Assembly: GCA_965113315.1 (NCBI GenBank)
Contig: OZ220373.1
From: Podarcis vaucheri
Lineage: Eukaryota
Length of the DNA: 64,000 bases
Reading direction: 5' to 3' (one strand)
Shown here: in pieces, positions 1 to 13,529 of the stretch
Position numbering within the stretch: position 1 is the first letter of the stretch
Layout of the letters: each line of letters begins with the position of its first letter
The notes under the pieces: generated by a model
Told to the model about the DNA's origin: nothing
What the model saw: only the letters and a program-made list of their open reading frames with translations
Database searches by the model: none
Translations under genes and position numbers: made by a program

Positions 1-659
1 CTTTATGTTAGGGGGACAGAACTGAGTTATCTGTGATGCAATTGGTCAGTTAAGTATTTTTATTTATTTGGTTGATTTAGGTGGGGCAGCTGCCCCCATC
101 CCGCACCCCCCTGGGTATGCCCATGGTTGCAAAAGAGCAGTATTCTCACTATTTATCTGGTTGTCTAATCATTTAAGGTTTAAAAATATCCAGGAAACTT
201 AATTTTTTTTTTAACAAGCTAAGAATCACTGCTGTGTGCATGCCATATAATTACCCTATGAGATTAATGGGTTTTCTTTCGGATTCCCTTTCTTGTTCAT
301 ATTGTGCTTTAATAAAATATTTTTAACATTTTCTTTTTTTAGCACAAGTACAAGCTCCTTCAAATAAGATGATTAACTTTTGATCATGAATTAAGGAACA
401 GCTGTGCTTCAGTGTCATGTGTTCCTTCCTAAGCTTGGAATAATTTTCTGGACGCAAAGGGAAGGAACTTAACTTCCTGTGATTTTATGCAGAAACAGAA
501 TTTTGCTCATCTGTAAAACAATAATGGGACAACCTAAACAAGATAGATAAATCATTTTTGATAGGGTCATAAAGCTTGTTTGTATCTTGGATGTGTGTTG
601 AAGAATAGCATTTTAAGCATATTTTGTTGCACTTCTTAATTTTTTGTTCTGTTCCGAAA

Positions 660-1018
660 TCTGACAGTCTCTGTGGCAAGGGGCGGGCAGATTTTCATTC
701 CTCTGAAGAGAAAAGTCTGCATTTTAGGAAGGAAACTGCTTCTTAGAATATTAGACATGAGTCGATTGAGATACAGTCCTGAAGCCTTCTTTCTGCTAGC
801 AAAATCAGTGCAGTACGCTTGCGGTTAACCTGGAAGAAAGCTGCTGACATTTCTTCGTGACAGCTAGAAGTGGAAGGACCCAAACTTGCAGTGCTCCCTC
901 CCCCAAGAGATTGTTAGTCCATTCCTTTATAGTGGCTCATTTGGGCTCTCTGTCATCACCAGGATGCTGCCACTGAATGTGTGTCATGGTTACAGTAGAA
1001 TGTGGTAACGTAACAGCC
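660..1018 (+). promoter_or_regulatory. Putative promoter/5'UTR of MAST4 first exon A
   Basis: Repeat-free segment upstream of a first coding exon, with a GC box (GGGCGGG ~681) and upstream ATGs at 964, 977 and 986. The TSS cannot be located from sequence. Confidence 0.45.
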
Positions 1019-1065
1019 ATGAAAGCCCAACGCGAAAGGCTGCAAATTCCAGGGCTGACCTTGGA
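1019..1065 (+). CDS. MAST4: MAST4 alternative first coding exon A (MKAQRERLQIPGLTL-D)
   Basis: GCC ATG AAA GCC CAA CGC GAA AGG CTG CAA ATT CCA GGG CTG ACC TTG GA|GTAAGT. Canonical donor, phase 2, joins exon 38502 (GA|T = Asp). Matches the recalled N-terminus of a short mammalian MAST4 isoform ([24 protein letters not shown]). Confidence 0.9.
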
Positions 1066-3910
1066 GTAAGTATTGTCTGCCTTTTAATATTTTAATGCTT
1101 TCTGCATGGCACTAGCTTTTGTGCGAGCTGTAGTTATTTAACATGCGTTTGTGCTGACAGGCTCAGAGCACTGCAGCTTTAGGTCGCAGGAACATTTTCA
1201 GAATGCATTTCAGTTGCTGTTCGCAAATGTGTGAGCCTAAAGCAAGGATATTGCAGTATATTTCAGATTAAAATATACTGCATATTTAAAATCACTGAAT
1301 GCATGAATGTGAGCATCCTAAAAGCATACTGTGAAATAATGCTTTGGTAGGCCACGGTGTTCGTTTCTCTCTCACACCCTTTCTGTTTCTGTTTGTTTAT
1401 CCCAGTGCTGCCTTTTTGAAAGGCCTCTTTCTCTGCTGAATAATAGAGAGCTCTGCAAGAGATTAGGGCATAAGAGGAATGCTATTTGTGAAAATTCATT
1501 GCGTATGATCCATGTTTTACTGTGTAGAGTACTGGTGAACTGTATTGCATTCTGACATTTCTGCTTGGTATTCTAGTCTTTGCATTAAATGTGCTTGTGT
1601 GGGTAAGGCTTTGTTTACTTAGTGATGTTTTAGGACTGATGGACTCATTTGAATGATTCCAGTTTGCATTTAGAAAACAGCTGCATAAAAACATACGTAT
1701 TTGATTTACAGTGAACATGTTGACCATAATGTCTGATTTTTAAAGTGCCAGTCCATTGATTCTGAATAAATCAGCCAGTGCAAAATGTGTTTATTTTTGT
1801 GTCCCACCACAATTTGCTGCATAGATATAGATGTGTATCAGCACACACACACACATGCAGTATTCTCTCAAGATGTTATTTTTGTAGGTATTGAATAGAT
1901 TTAATGTGCCAGTTGTTCTGCTTTCCTAAAGAGAATAGGTCATCTGTAAGGTCAGGTTACTTAGCTGTGAACCATTTTACCCATCTACAAAATAGATATG
2001 TTATTTGATATACGTTTGCATTTATGCATGTAGTGCCACTTCTAGTGAGTTGTAACTGATACAAAATATTAATTCTGTTAGTAAAAATGGCATTCTGGTA
2101 TCTTTGACCACCTTTGATAACTAGATTACAGAAACACTGACATTAATAAAGGTAGTAGTTTCTGTGTTTCATTTATTGTATGTGATGTGTAGATAGTACC
2201 CTGAAAGAATTACCTAAATTCACTGATAATGGTTTGCTTATTGTTTATTTTATTTGAGCATACCTTCCTTTAAAAAGATGGAGTCCAGTGTTTATACTTG
2301 GAGTTTTGCTTGATTGTAACTTAACCATATATAAAAGTAATAAATAATAGTAAAAAATTCTTGATTTTGTAAAGTATTGGGATGTGATTGTTTTTAGTCT
2401 CAACATTTTATTATTTTCTGTTATATAGCTTTTATGTCTGACTTAATGTTTGACATATTTAATTTACAAAGTTTCTAAGGTAAAAATGATCCATTACGTT
2501 GCATTGGCAACTTGATAAAATTCTAACTCTTAACTATTATTTTGGTCAATTTTAGACACAATGACAGCTGGCAAACTTTGTATTTTTTGTTACTAATTTG
2601 AAAAAATTATAGCTTTAACTCCATTTTGCAAACATTTTATTAATAATCAAAATAACAGTATTCCTGAAGGGAGCCATGGACTCCAGTAGGCATAGTTATA
2701 TCTTCTGTTTCCATACTGTCTCTGGCCTGTGTACCTCAGTTCTGCCCAGTTAACTATGATATTTGCCATTGTTCAGAATAATTTGGATGACATGGAGTTT
2801 TAATATTGGTAGTTGGCCTGTTGCCATTATTGTTGGTGTTATGACTGGTGGAGTTATATTAGTAGTATTTTAAGAAAATTCTCACTACAAACAATTTGTG
2901 CCAAGTTTACTAACACAAATAAACATAGGCTGGAATTAGGCACTATAATACAGATTTGATGTTTGCATTAGATTCAAGCACAGTGATGTTAAATTTTTAC
3001 AGATGTCTTTCTGGAACAAGTATTTAAGATATCAGGTATTCATAATTCAATGTTTAGACACTGCTGTTGTCAGTGACTGTACCATATTTTCACAAATGGC
3101 ATTCTCAAAACTAAAAATGAATAGTAATATTTTCATTATTATTTATTTTACTTGTATTTTCCTTTAGGCCTGTTGCATTTTTTATTTTGTAATTTTTCTT
3201 ATGTGTATGTGTTAGTGTCGCATTTAAAGTACTGAAATAAGTTTTCAATACTTCTTTCAGCCAATTTTCATTCAGCGTTTGCACAGTGCAATATTGTAGC
3301 CAATGAGGTTCATCTGAGGCATGATCATTGTTAATTGATTCCCCCCGCCCCACTGCATGGCAATTCAGAATTGAGGGCAATCAGTTCTCCTGAAAGTTAG
3401 CAGAATCTTTCTTTTGTGCATCAATTTGTGTACTCAAATTTGTGCTAATTTCATTTTTACAAGCAATTTTTATAACAAGATTTGTTTTTTTTTAAAAAAA
3501 TGCTCCGTGTGTTTGAACACTTTCTTATAATGAAAACATTTGCATGGTTAATCCCACCCCCCATTTAATTAGGAAGATACAGAAAAAATAGGGGTCTTTC
3601 AACATGATTTTTTTTTGTTTGGCTTTCCTCAATGTAGAGAAAATCAGTTTCCTGTCTACTGATTGTGCTTGAGGCCATACTCCCTTAATTCAGTCATACT
3701 ATAGGATTTTTACTCAACTTCTGTTTACTAGAGATGACATTATTTTAACTTTCAGTCTCACCCCAAGAAGCCTGAGCCCAACCCCAACAAGCCCTTGCAG
3801 TCCATGCAGTCCTCTGTACGCTTTTCATTTTTGGAGGTAAGCAACTAAACTTCCATTGTTGCAGTTCTCTGCCTTCCACATTGAAGAGGGGGAGTAGATA
3901 ATTGAAGCCT

Positions 3911-3939
3911 GTATGTATGTATGTATGTATGTATGTATG
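3911..3939. repeat. (GTAT)n microsatellite
   Basis: Direct reading. Other microsatellites: (ATC)n ~7192-7218, 17160-17183, 35496-35533; (TCTA)n ~8129-8157; (AATC)n ~55120-55144. Confidence 0.9.
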
Positions 3940-5390
3940 CATGCATAGTCAAGCAAATATTGGTAGCTTTAAAAATGTTTCCCCAAAGTAAATTAATTTA
4001 CATGTGTGGTAAGATAATACTGGTAGAGTTAGAGGTGGTGGCAGTCTTTGGATTTCTGAAGATTCAAGGTTTGTGAATAGCCTTACTAATGCACCAGTTT
4101 GGCCATCATGATAACATGTGATTTATCTTTTCAGAAATGATCTGTAGTGAGCCTTGGGTTCACACATTTCTTGTTTCCCCTCCTCCAGCACCAGAGGAGA
4201 TCTTACATTTTCATAATCCATAGTTTGAAGTTGACTTGTTTTAAACAAACTCTTAAAATTAACCAGAGTTTGTCATATTCGGACAAAAGAGCAAGATGCA
4301 GATAGTCTCGAACAGAAGCAAAATTTTCAATCCCGTGGCAAAATGAGCAACATACAAACTGAAGGCTTACCATGGCTTGTTTCAGTACCTGGTAGCTTTG
4401 CATTTACTGTACTCTGCTGTTCAGAATACTGTCAAATGCACACCATCTGATTTTATCAGTTAGTTCAACTTTTTTCCAGAAATTATTTGACCACTTGTGG
4501 TTGCCTAAAATTCAGTTATTCTTCTGGTCATTCATGATTACGATTGCCAACTCAAAAGTTTAGTACTTCATAGCTCTGTTCAGAATATTTTTGTATTCTG
4601 AAATGTTGTATTTGTCTGTGATGTTTTGGAATAATTTTTCAAAATTAGATAGACTTAATGTATTTGCTTTGCACAGGTTGTGCAGTAGTTCTTATATCTG
4701 TGCCTCCCACTCTCTGCGACGAGAGTCGCTAATTTGTGGTCTTCCAGATGTTGTTGGACTCCAACTTCTACCAGTCCCATTCAGCATGGCATATAATATG
4801 GAGTGATGGGAGTATTGGTTCAGCTCTAAGTTTAACACAACACAATGATTGAACAAATATTTAATAAACAACAATATTAATTGAGCACAGGGTTAATATT
4901 AAAGAAGAAGACGAGGAGAAAAAACCAAAGTTACTGAATTATCTTTCAGGACTGTCCTTGTTGGGTGCTTTGCGGGCAGTAATAATAGAGGTGAATTGAT
5001 CTGAACCTCAAGCAAAATCTTAAAAACCAAGTGTATAGTATATGGAGCAGGTATTATCATTGTCCACCAAACTGTTGCATTCCCACCTTGGACAGAATGG
5101 ATGGTTGTCTCAGCTGCTGGTTGGTTCATGAACTTTAAATTATAAACCGTCACACAAGGTCTGGAGTGTCCAGTTAACTGGAAACTGCTATGAATGGAAC
5201 CCATATTTTAGGACTTATGTGGGTAAAGATTTTTTCCCCCTTTCTGTCCTCAGACACTTCACAATGAGAGTCTACCAGAACTCTGGAGTAAAGTTCTGGG
5301 GGTATGAGTTAGGACTCAACTGTTCAGCCTTTCTGTAGTCCAGCTCTTAATGCTAGGAGAACAGATCCCCACAAGATGCACTAAATTGTT

Positions 5391-5630
5391 GTTGTTGTTG
5401 TTTAGTCGTTTAGTCGTGTCCGACTCTTCGTGACCCCATGGACCAGAACACGCCAGGCACTTCTGTCCTCCACTGCCTTCCGCAGTTTGATCAAACTCAT
5501 GCTGGTAGCTTCAAGAACACCATCCAACCATCTCATTCTCTGTCGTCCCCTTCTCCTTGTGCCCTCCATCTTTCCCAACATCAGGGTCTTTTCCAGGGAG
5601 TCTTCTCTTCTCATGAGGTGGCCAAAGTAT
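5391..5630 (-). mobile_element. BovB (RTE-clade) LINE, 5'-truncated 3' end
   Basis: Minus ORF YFGHLMRREDSLEKTLMLGKMEGTRRRGRQRMRWLDGV...AWRVLVHGVTKSRTRLND is the BovB ORF C-terminus. (CAA)n tail; TSD ACTAAATTGTT at 5380-5390 and 5646-5656. Confidence 0.92.
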
Positions 5631-8600
5631 AAACTAAATTGTATAACTAAATTGTTATGGTGCTGCAATTACCGGTACCAAGAGATGAGCACACATTTTT
5701 TTAAATTACCCAACAGAACTCATCTGCATTTTTCTGCCTTTATTTTAGTTGAATTTTATATGCATATAGTTTGGCAGGGTAAGAAATACTTTGCTGAATC
5801 ACTAGATTTATAGTGTTTGTTGAATTAAGAGATGGATGCACATTTTTATATTTAATAGTAAATAAAAATGGATGAGCAGTTTTTTAAAAGCAGATGCATT
5901 CAAATGATGTTTTATATATTTAACCAAGCTGCATATACAATTCTGCTTTGCTGTAAATTGTGACCTACTTTTGGATCATTGTGTAAAGTCAGGGAGTTTT
6001 GAACAAAATTAATGGTTCAGTTTTCTAATTGATCTGTGCTAATCATTGCCAACTCACAAATCAAACTACAATTTCTCCTGAAGCAAAATAGCAGCTGTTG
6101 TCACTGAAGCAGAGTGGTGGTTTCTAGACAGATCCCCATTGAAATGTTGGTTCAGTTTTGTGTGAAAACAGTTTCCCTTTACGCTCTTGTCATCCATCAT
6201 ATCAGTTGCCTACTACTTCCCCTAGCACCACCTCTGTGCTCTACTGCTTCACTTTTCTACATTGCTGTCTAATGAAAGTGCATTTTTGAAATGATAAGAG
6301 GCTAAAAATCGTCATGGGTTGGTAGTAGTTCTGGCCCGAGTGAGTACTCCCTTGTGCAGTCATCAGATCAACACACATGCTGTTCTTGTAATTCCCCCCT
6401 TATGCCAACACTTCTTGCTTCTGCTGGCACAAAGTTCCAATTGCAAGCAGTCAATAGAAAAGGAGATCAATTACTTCCATCCTCCCATCTTTTCCTTTTC
6501 CTTGGAAACTTGCCTGAATGCTGCTGCAAGTTAGGACGTTGGCAGTGGGAGAATGGGAGCAAAGTACTGGCACATTGTGGTAATGAAGGTCAGATGAGTG
6601 TTGTAAGTAGTGCAGAAAAGAACTTTGGCAGGTGGTTTCTTAATATGATTTGGTAAGACTGTATATTAGTCTGTTGCCTGGTAGGCTTTATCAGGTAGGA
6701 GCATGTTTGTTTTTTGCAGATATCCTTTTTTTTGCAGTAAGCTCTTAGTATATGTATGTGGGACGTAAGCATGATATAGGTTTGAATTCTGGCTGTGTTG
6801 GGTACTTTTAACAGCCTTTGGGCCTTTAAGCTTTGCAAGAATATTAGAAGGTAGTTGACAGTGTAAACTATATCAATACTGTGAAAATATGTAGGCATTG
6901 AAGTAGATTTATTAGTATAATGACTGTTTAGTCAGTTACTAACCTATATATAAGCATTGGATATGACCGTCGACATACTAATTGGAAATGGGGCATGGTT
7001 TTCACTGTGATGGACTTAGACCATCAATTTGTTTAATGTAAGCTACCAGCAACAAGCAAATACAAGGCCCCTTTAACATGTATGAGGAGGGGGTTTATTG
7101 GGTTGTTTTTATTATGCATTTTTTTGTTTTTTTTGTGATTTTATGTTGCAACTGCCCCGAAACCTGCTGGTATAGGGCGGTATACAAATATATCATCATC
7201 ATCATCATCATCATCATCAGGGGTGGTACTGACAGCTTGAAGTAGGCTTGTGTTCAGTTTTGTACCATTCCTCCAATTACCTTGTGTCTGCTGCTGAGAG
7301 GCAGGAGCTGCAGAAGATAGCAGCAACAGCCTGGATGAGGAAACTCCACCCACTGAGTGACTTCATCATTCTGATCATATTGTATTTTAAATATATTGTA
7401 AGTTAACTTGATGGTTCAGTAGTAGGTGGGGTATTAATATTTGAAATAATAAAATATGGGTGTATTTCTAGTCTACATGCTGAATTAATCTAGATTATCA
7501 GGTGATGCTTTAGCCTGGATGACAATATTACTAAAAACATTACTAAGAAACCTGTTACACAACAAGCTCATCAAAAAGGCTCACCTGTTAAGTACTTGAC
7601 ATCCCATCCATCCTATGTGCAGTTCTAGACATGCAACAAAAAACAGGAGACTTTGAAAGCTGCGGTGGCCTGGGCTGGGCTTGATGGGCCACAAGTTCTG
7701 CTGGCCTATATTAAAGTTTCCTTTTTCAAACTGAAATGCTCAGGGAATCTCCTCCTTACTGTGACCCTGCATTTATTCAGCTTCCCTCTATTTGTTAGCT
7801 TTTGGGTTATACCTGACAAATCATTAACATGTATTTGTCTGTTGAATACTATCTTATGAATGTGATCTACGTGTTGGTGACTGAGTGTTACAATGTTAAA
7901 TAGAGCTGTCATTAGGAAATAATTAAATGTAGCGCATGAAACATGTCTTTGTAAGCCTGTTGTTGCCTTGTAAGCTGTAACTTATTATTCTTTTGTATAC
8001 CTGTGAATGAATTAATGTTTCTTTTAAAGTTTTATCTTTGTCTTGCAGCTGCACTGTTCCGTTTCAAGGGCCTGGAGTTGGTGAGGGCTGAAAGGGAATT
8101 ATTGGTTATATAACAGCTATTTTCATCTGTCTATCATCTATCTATCATCTATCTATCTGTGGTTCTCTTCTATTTTATTTTGGAGGTGTATGTGGTGTGG
8201 CTGATTAGCTGGATTTTATGAAATGAAAACCACTGAGAGGACAGTGTTTAAATACGGCAACAAGTTTACCCAGCTCTTTTCCTTCTTCATCTTTCTATGT
8301 TTAATCTCCAGTTTAGTAATGTGTCCCGATTCTTGTGCAGGCAATATGGAGTCTATCCAGTGCTTCTTATCTTAAGTTCTATGGCTAGTTATTAAAGAAA
8401 ACACAATCTCAGTTCAATAAGCTTCTAGATTGGGGCTAAATTTGCAGAAGAGTCATTGAGATATCACAAATGGCCCATTGGCAACAGGGCCTTTAAAACT
8501 TGTTGGATTTCCTCCAGAAAGGGTAAATCTGGATTAGATGGGTGGTGGTGGTTATGGACTAGCATTTTGTTGTCAGTGACATTGTATGGGCACTACAAAG

Positions 8601-8949
8601 CACCTGAGTGCATGAGGAGCACTGCTACCAAAATAAAAACCCATATGGAAGTACCGTGACTGGCATTTGCATCAAAGTAGGTTGATTTACTTCAAACTCT
8701 AGACAGGCAGGATACCCTAATGTTCTACTGGCTTGTGTTATAATAAGCATATGAAGGGGGAAATAAACATCCAGAAATATCTGGATGCCCACAGAAGAGC
8801 TGGAATTGGCTGTGATTCCATGATACGTGTCCATGTTTGTTTAGTAACATACATTTCCTTTTCATGTGTCATCTTTTGCTGTGGCAAATATAGTGGAACA
8901 CTACCAACTTTAAAAGAGTCGCATTGTCTGTCAGGCCTCATTTGAAGGT

Positions 8950-9350
8950 GCTTATTAAGGCTCCCAAATGATTTCTCCCTAAATATCTGAAAGAACCCCT
9001 CATTTTATACCAGCCTGCCTAAAGAGGAAGCCCCATTGGTGGTCCTTTCACCAATCAATGATCACAATGCAAGGGTCTGAAGGAGGGCTTTCTCTGCAGT
9101 GAGCCAACAGCTTTGGAATAGCCCCCCCCAGGTATGCCACACCCCTACTTTTTTCCAGCTTCATTCCAATGACAGGTAAACATGCACACTTTCCTTTGCC
9201 CAGGCTTTGTGGAGCGATGAGTTTACAGTGATACTTCATTTCCAATTCTGCTGCATGTTTTATGTAAGATTGTTATTAATTTAATTATAGTGTTTGATTT
9301 ATTTTGTTTCAGATATTTAGTGTTAATTTTAATGTCCACTTTGTGCTGCC
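8950..9350 (+). mobile_element. Degenerate L2 LINE 3' fragment
   Basis: AGGGCTTTCTCTGCAGTGAGCCAACAGCTTTGGAATAGCCCCCCC encodes a RAFSAVSQQLWNSPP version of the L2 ORF2 C-terminal motif. Confidence 0.5.
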
Positions 9351-9439
9351 TTGAATGGCAGACTAGCAACACTTCCAGCAAGCAAACATTGTTTTATCTG
9401 AGTTGCCATGTAGAGTGTGAATATTGGGAGGGGGACATA

Positions 9440-9589
9440 CAGAATCATAGAATTGTAGAGTTGGAAAGGGACCCTGAGGGTCATCTAATCCAGTCCCCTG
9501 CAATGCAGGGATCTTTAGCCCAACGTTGAGTTCGAAGCCACAACCCTAAGATTAAGAATCTCATGCTTTACCAACTTAACTATCCCAGG
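9440..9589 (-). mobile_element. tRNA-Lys-derived SINE with CR1-type tail
   Basis: Reverse complement starts with a tRNA-Lys(CTT)-like head (GGTAAAGCATGAGATTCTTAATCTTAGGGTTGTGGCTTCGAACTCAACGTTGGGC) and ends in the CR1 3' terminus (GGTCCCTTTCCAACTCTACAATTCTATGATTCT). Confidence 0.75.
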
Positions 9590-10199
9590 TCCAGAGCAAC
9601 ATTGCTCTTGCTTTTGAGAAATGGAAAAGAAAATTTGAAGAGAAAACCTCCCATGAAATATTTTCTCATTTACATTGAATTGCTTTGATTGATTGATTTT
9701 TAATATAAGACAATCTTCCAGCTTGGTGCCCTCCACGTGTTTTGAACAGCATATCCCATCAGTCTTAGCAAAATCTATTGTTGGTGAAGACTGATCTAGA
9801 ATTCTGTGATACAACGCTCAAATCTTAGGTACATGTCTGAACCTAGTTGTGCTGCAGTCTTCATGAGATGACTACAGAGAGCCTTTGTTGCTTGGTAATC
9901 GCTACTTGCCTTCTTCTGGTGACCTTTGGTTTAGTTTAAAGCAAATATCTTGCTTCTGCTGTCCTTTTGAACTGGTTCATCTTTTCTGGTGAACCTTTTC
10001 ACCTCTCCCCTCGAGCAACTGTGACACAGACACCCTGCTATATAGATTGAGCAACAAGAAGCCTTTGCCCTGCCTTGCTGAAGGACAAAAAGATCATAAG
10101 GAGATGGGGTGGAAAATGAAAAAGGCCTGTTGTGAGTGCCAAAGCCTAAGAGGAAGATCAATATTTATTTGTTTTATACACATGTGAGGAATATATTTT

Positions 10200-11120
10200 G
10201 CCTTTTTAAGTGACAGGTATTGATGTAGCACTCCCACTGCTTTATTAGCATTAGATAGAAGGAAAGGTAGAGTTGAGTGTCATCTGGATATTGATGACAC
10301 TTAATTCCAAACCTCTGGATGACCTCACTCAGTGGTTTCATGTCCTTGAGTGCTTGGAGTTGGCTGACATCTACTAACTGGGACACTTTGTGTAGGAAAT
10401 AAATGTTGGCCACTAGCTAATAATTTATGTCTTTAGGATTAAAGGTGGGTTTGTGCAGGAATGGCCATGCCACAACATATTTCAAGGCAGCTCAGGCTAT
10501 TCCCACTCTGCAAGAAGAAGTTGCCACCTCCTGTACCTAGGTATACATTCCATCTCTGCTGGATATTAAGAGTGTGGTAATCAGCATACACTTGACCAAG
10601 ACTTCAGACTTTAATAACTGAAAGTCATCCAAAAAATACTGGACAAGATAGAGCTTTGGGCAGCCCATAGCAGTCATGAAGTCCTATGCCATCGCAGATT
10701 AGGTGATCATAACTTGGATGATGATACCTCAGGACAGCCATGCTAGGAATCCTCATCAAATCCAAGTCCATCTCTGTCATTTTAGGAAGGGAAACTGATG
10801 AGACAATTGGATAGGCATTATACTTGCAGAATCCCTAATCTGAGTGCCCAACACACAATATAAATATTCAAGAGTGAGACTCAAACAGATAGCCTTGAGA
10901 ACAAGATGAAATTCCTGTTGACCACAGTAATTTTCTTTCCCTTACTCCCAATTCTTTGCTGGGGCTGAACAGAATACAATATCTGGAAGCTGACAGACAG
11001 CTAGGACAGACTTAATCCAAAACATCCACCAAAGTCTTGGTAATTCTGGCCAGATCAGCCCATTCATTTACAATCAAATAATACATGAAGACTGTTATTT
11101 TGGACATTATACCATCAGAC
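10200..11120 (-). mobile_element. Degenerate L2 LINE ORF2 fragments (RT and endonuclease)
   Basis: Minus strand KPLSEVIQRFGIKCHQYPDDTQLYLSF (YADD RT motif) at ~10255-10345, and LIVNEWADLARITKT (EN DLxxITETW-like) at ~11030-11100. Confidence 0.65.
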
Positions 11121-11899
11121 TGAGGATAGACTGGTAATTCAACTACGGACCATTTGGTTCACGCAGAAACCAAAATAATGAATGGACAGAAGATGTATAA
11201 TATCACTTTCTCTTTCCTGGTTTATCACAGTCCAACAGCATATCTCCAGCTGCTAGTGTGCTTTTTCTTAATTTTCACTCTATTTTGCTTTTTAGCTGAG
11301 ATGTTGGTGGCAAGAATGTCTATAGATGCAGCCTCATACAATCAATGTTTCCCTGATATTCTTCTAGGTTAAGGTGTAAGATCCTTTTAATCCTTTAGAT
11401 GACAGGAGAGATAAACAGGTTACCACAAAACTATCTTCTATTTTCCTAACCCATTTGCTTTTTATTAAGCTAGTAGAACAGTGGAAGTTTGATTTGAACT
11501 CCAAATTGTTTGTTATGGATTGAATATAAATGGTTCAACTCATGCATAAATAGAGGTTGAACACATGTGATGTATAACTTGGAATTCATGTTCTCCAGAT
11601 TATAGTTCTCTCACTCTTCAGAGAAGAAATGCAGTGAATGTGGTAGAAATCTTGAAAAAGGTAGCAGTTAATTAACTGTAACCACTAGAGGGAGTGAAGG
11701 GTCAATCATTGTGATTAGGGTAAAACAGAAAGCATTCTATCTTCATTATATTTTCCTCTCATAACGTTGGTTTTTTATAAGTAGTCTTCAGTAGTGAAGC
11801 TCTAGTTTGAGCTTTGCTATGTTTTGCTATATATTTCCTGCCACATATTTGAATATGAAATGGTAAACTTCATAAGATTTTTCATATAGAAATTGTGTA

Positions 11900-12134
11900 C
11901 AGTGGTACCTTGGGTTACATACGCTTCAGGTTACATACGCTTCAGGTTACAGACTCCGCTAATCCAGAAATAGTGCTTCAGGTTAAGAACTTTGCTTCAG
12001 GATAAGAACAGAAATCGGCTGCGCGGCGGCAGCAGGAGGCCCCATTAGCTGAAGTGGTGCTTCAGGTTAAGAACAGTTTCAGGTTAAGATAGGACGTCCA
12101 GAACGAATTAAGTACTTAACCCGAGGTACCACTG
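11900..12134. mobile_element. Tc1/mariner (Tigger-like) MITE
   Basis: TIRs CAGTGGTACCTTGGGTTA / TAACCCGAGGTACCACTG, TA on the left flank, internal CTTCAGGTTA repeats. A second copy lies at 26577-26798. Confidence 0.85.
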
Positions 12135-13377
12135 TGTCTCTGTATGTGAAAGATTAAGTCCAGGGTTGCCATCCTTCTGGTCAGTTTCACAACCAGCTGT
12201 TCCAGGACATAGTAATTTAGAATTTTTACCTCTTTCTCTTGCCTGGAAGACAAATGTCCTCATTCTGTGTGGCGGTGATTGGAGTCACCTATTACTACAG
12301 CATTTTCTCTTTTGGATGTCTCATTGATTTCATTCTCCATCTCAAGATCACCCTGAGCATTTTGGTCCTTACACCTGAAGTACTTATTTACTCTTGGAGC
12401 CTAGTATCACCAACTACAGTGAATCTTGGGAGGATTCTGCCCCTTTGGAGATTTCCAGCTTGTGGGGCTCAGCCCCCTTTTAACATTCAGAGCCTCATCA
12501 CTGCACCATTTCCTTTCCTTCCTATAGAGTTTGTAAAGGTCTAATTTGTAAATGAGTTGTATAGTTTTCTGACAAATTTTAAGCTGCCGTTAAAAGGTTA
12601 AGCTTTTGGGGAGAATGAGGAGTGTGAGGCCCTTTCTCTCCAGGTTACCTGCACAATTTCCTATTCTTTTGGCACTTGTTTGAGGTGGTTGTATTGTAAT
12701 CTCAGTAAGGTTTAGCCGGAAGTGGTGGAACACAATCTGACACAGTACATGGCTTTGCTAACCCTCACAACGGCACTGTGGTTACTAAATATGTCAAACA
12801 TGCTCAGTCAGATCTTAAAATTGTCTTAGATATCGGGGGTGGTGTGTATGTATGTATGTATGTATTTTATTACATTTGTATACTACCCTTCACCCAAAGA
12901 TCGCAACATAAAAATATAAAATGAAAAAATAAAATGCGTAATAAAGATCAGTTCATATGGGGAGATGGTCCTTGAGGTATTGTGGTCCAATAAAAATTCT
13001 CCAGGAAGCTCATATTACTTTGAATTTGTAGAAATGTAGTTACCAAACAGCCTTAGGCAAGCCACTCTCTCTTAGCTTCAGTTCCCTCATCTGCAAAATG
13101 TTGGGGAAAGAATACTGTACAATTTTAATGCTTAAAAGCGTTGTACAAATGCTTAGCCAATTTTAGCCGCTGCTTACTAAAGCAATGGCTCTGTAAGGAT
13201 GGAGCAACCCCCCCCCAAGAAGTTAGCTTTACATTGTTTTGAACCTAAGCATGTTGTTGTTTATCTGCCTTTCACCCTAAGGGTCCAGGGCAGCAAATAA
13301 AACAACAATATTGAAAACAGTTTAAAATAACTTAAAATCACAGAAATAAGGTGGACATATATAAAAATAAATTTAAA

Positions 13378-13506
13378 AATGTCCCGTAGCACCTTAGAGA
13401 CCGAGAACCAACTTAGTTGGTCTCTAAAGTGTTACTGTACAATTTTGTTTATTTTTTTAATATAGTTCTACTGCGGCAGACCAACCCGGCTACCTACCTG
13501 AATCTA
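13378..13506. mobile_element. Penelope-like element terminal remnant
   Basis: Inverted GTAGCACCTTAGAGACC / GGTCTCTAAAGTGTTAC followed by GCAGACCAACCCGGCTACCTACCTGAATCTA, as seen at squamate PLE ends. A more decayed relative lies at ~53245-53338. Confidence 0.55.
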
Positions 13507-13529
13507 GAAATAAGGTGGGTTCTTAAAAT

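Noticed and set aside
9518-9589. tRNA-Lys gene
   Set aside because: Many stem-breaking substitutions, and it is fused to a CR1 tail, so it is a SINE head.
11900-12134. CRISPR-like repeat/spacer pattern (CTTCAGGTTA repeats)
   Set aside because: Eukaryotic context with irregular spacing; these are subterminal repeats of a TIR-bounded MITE.
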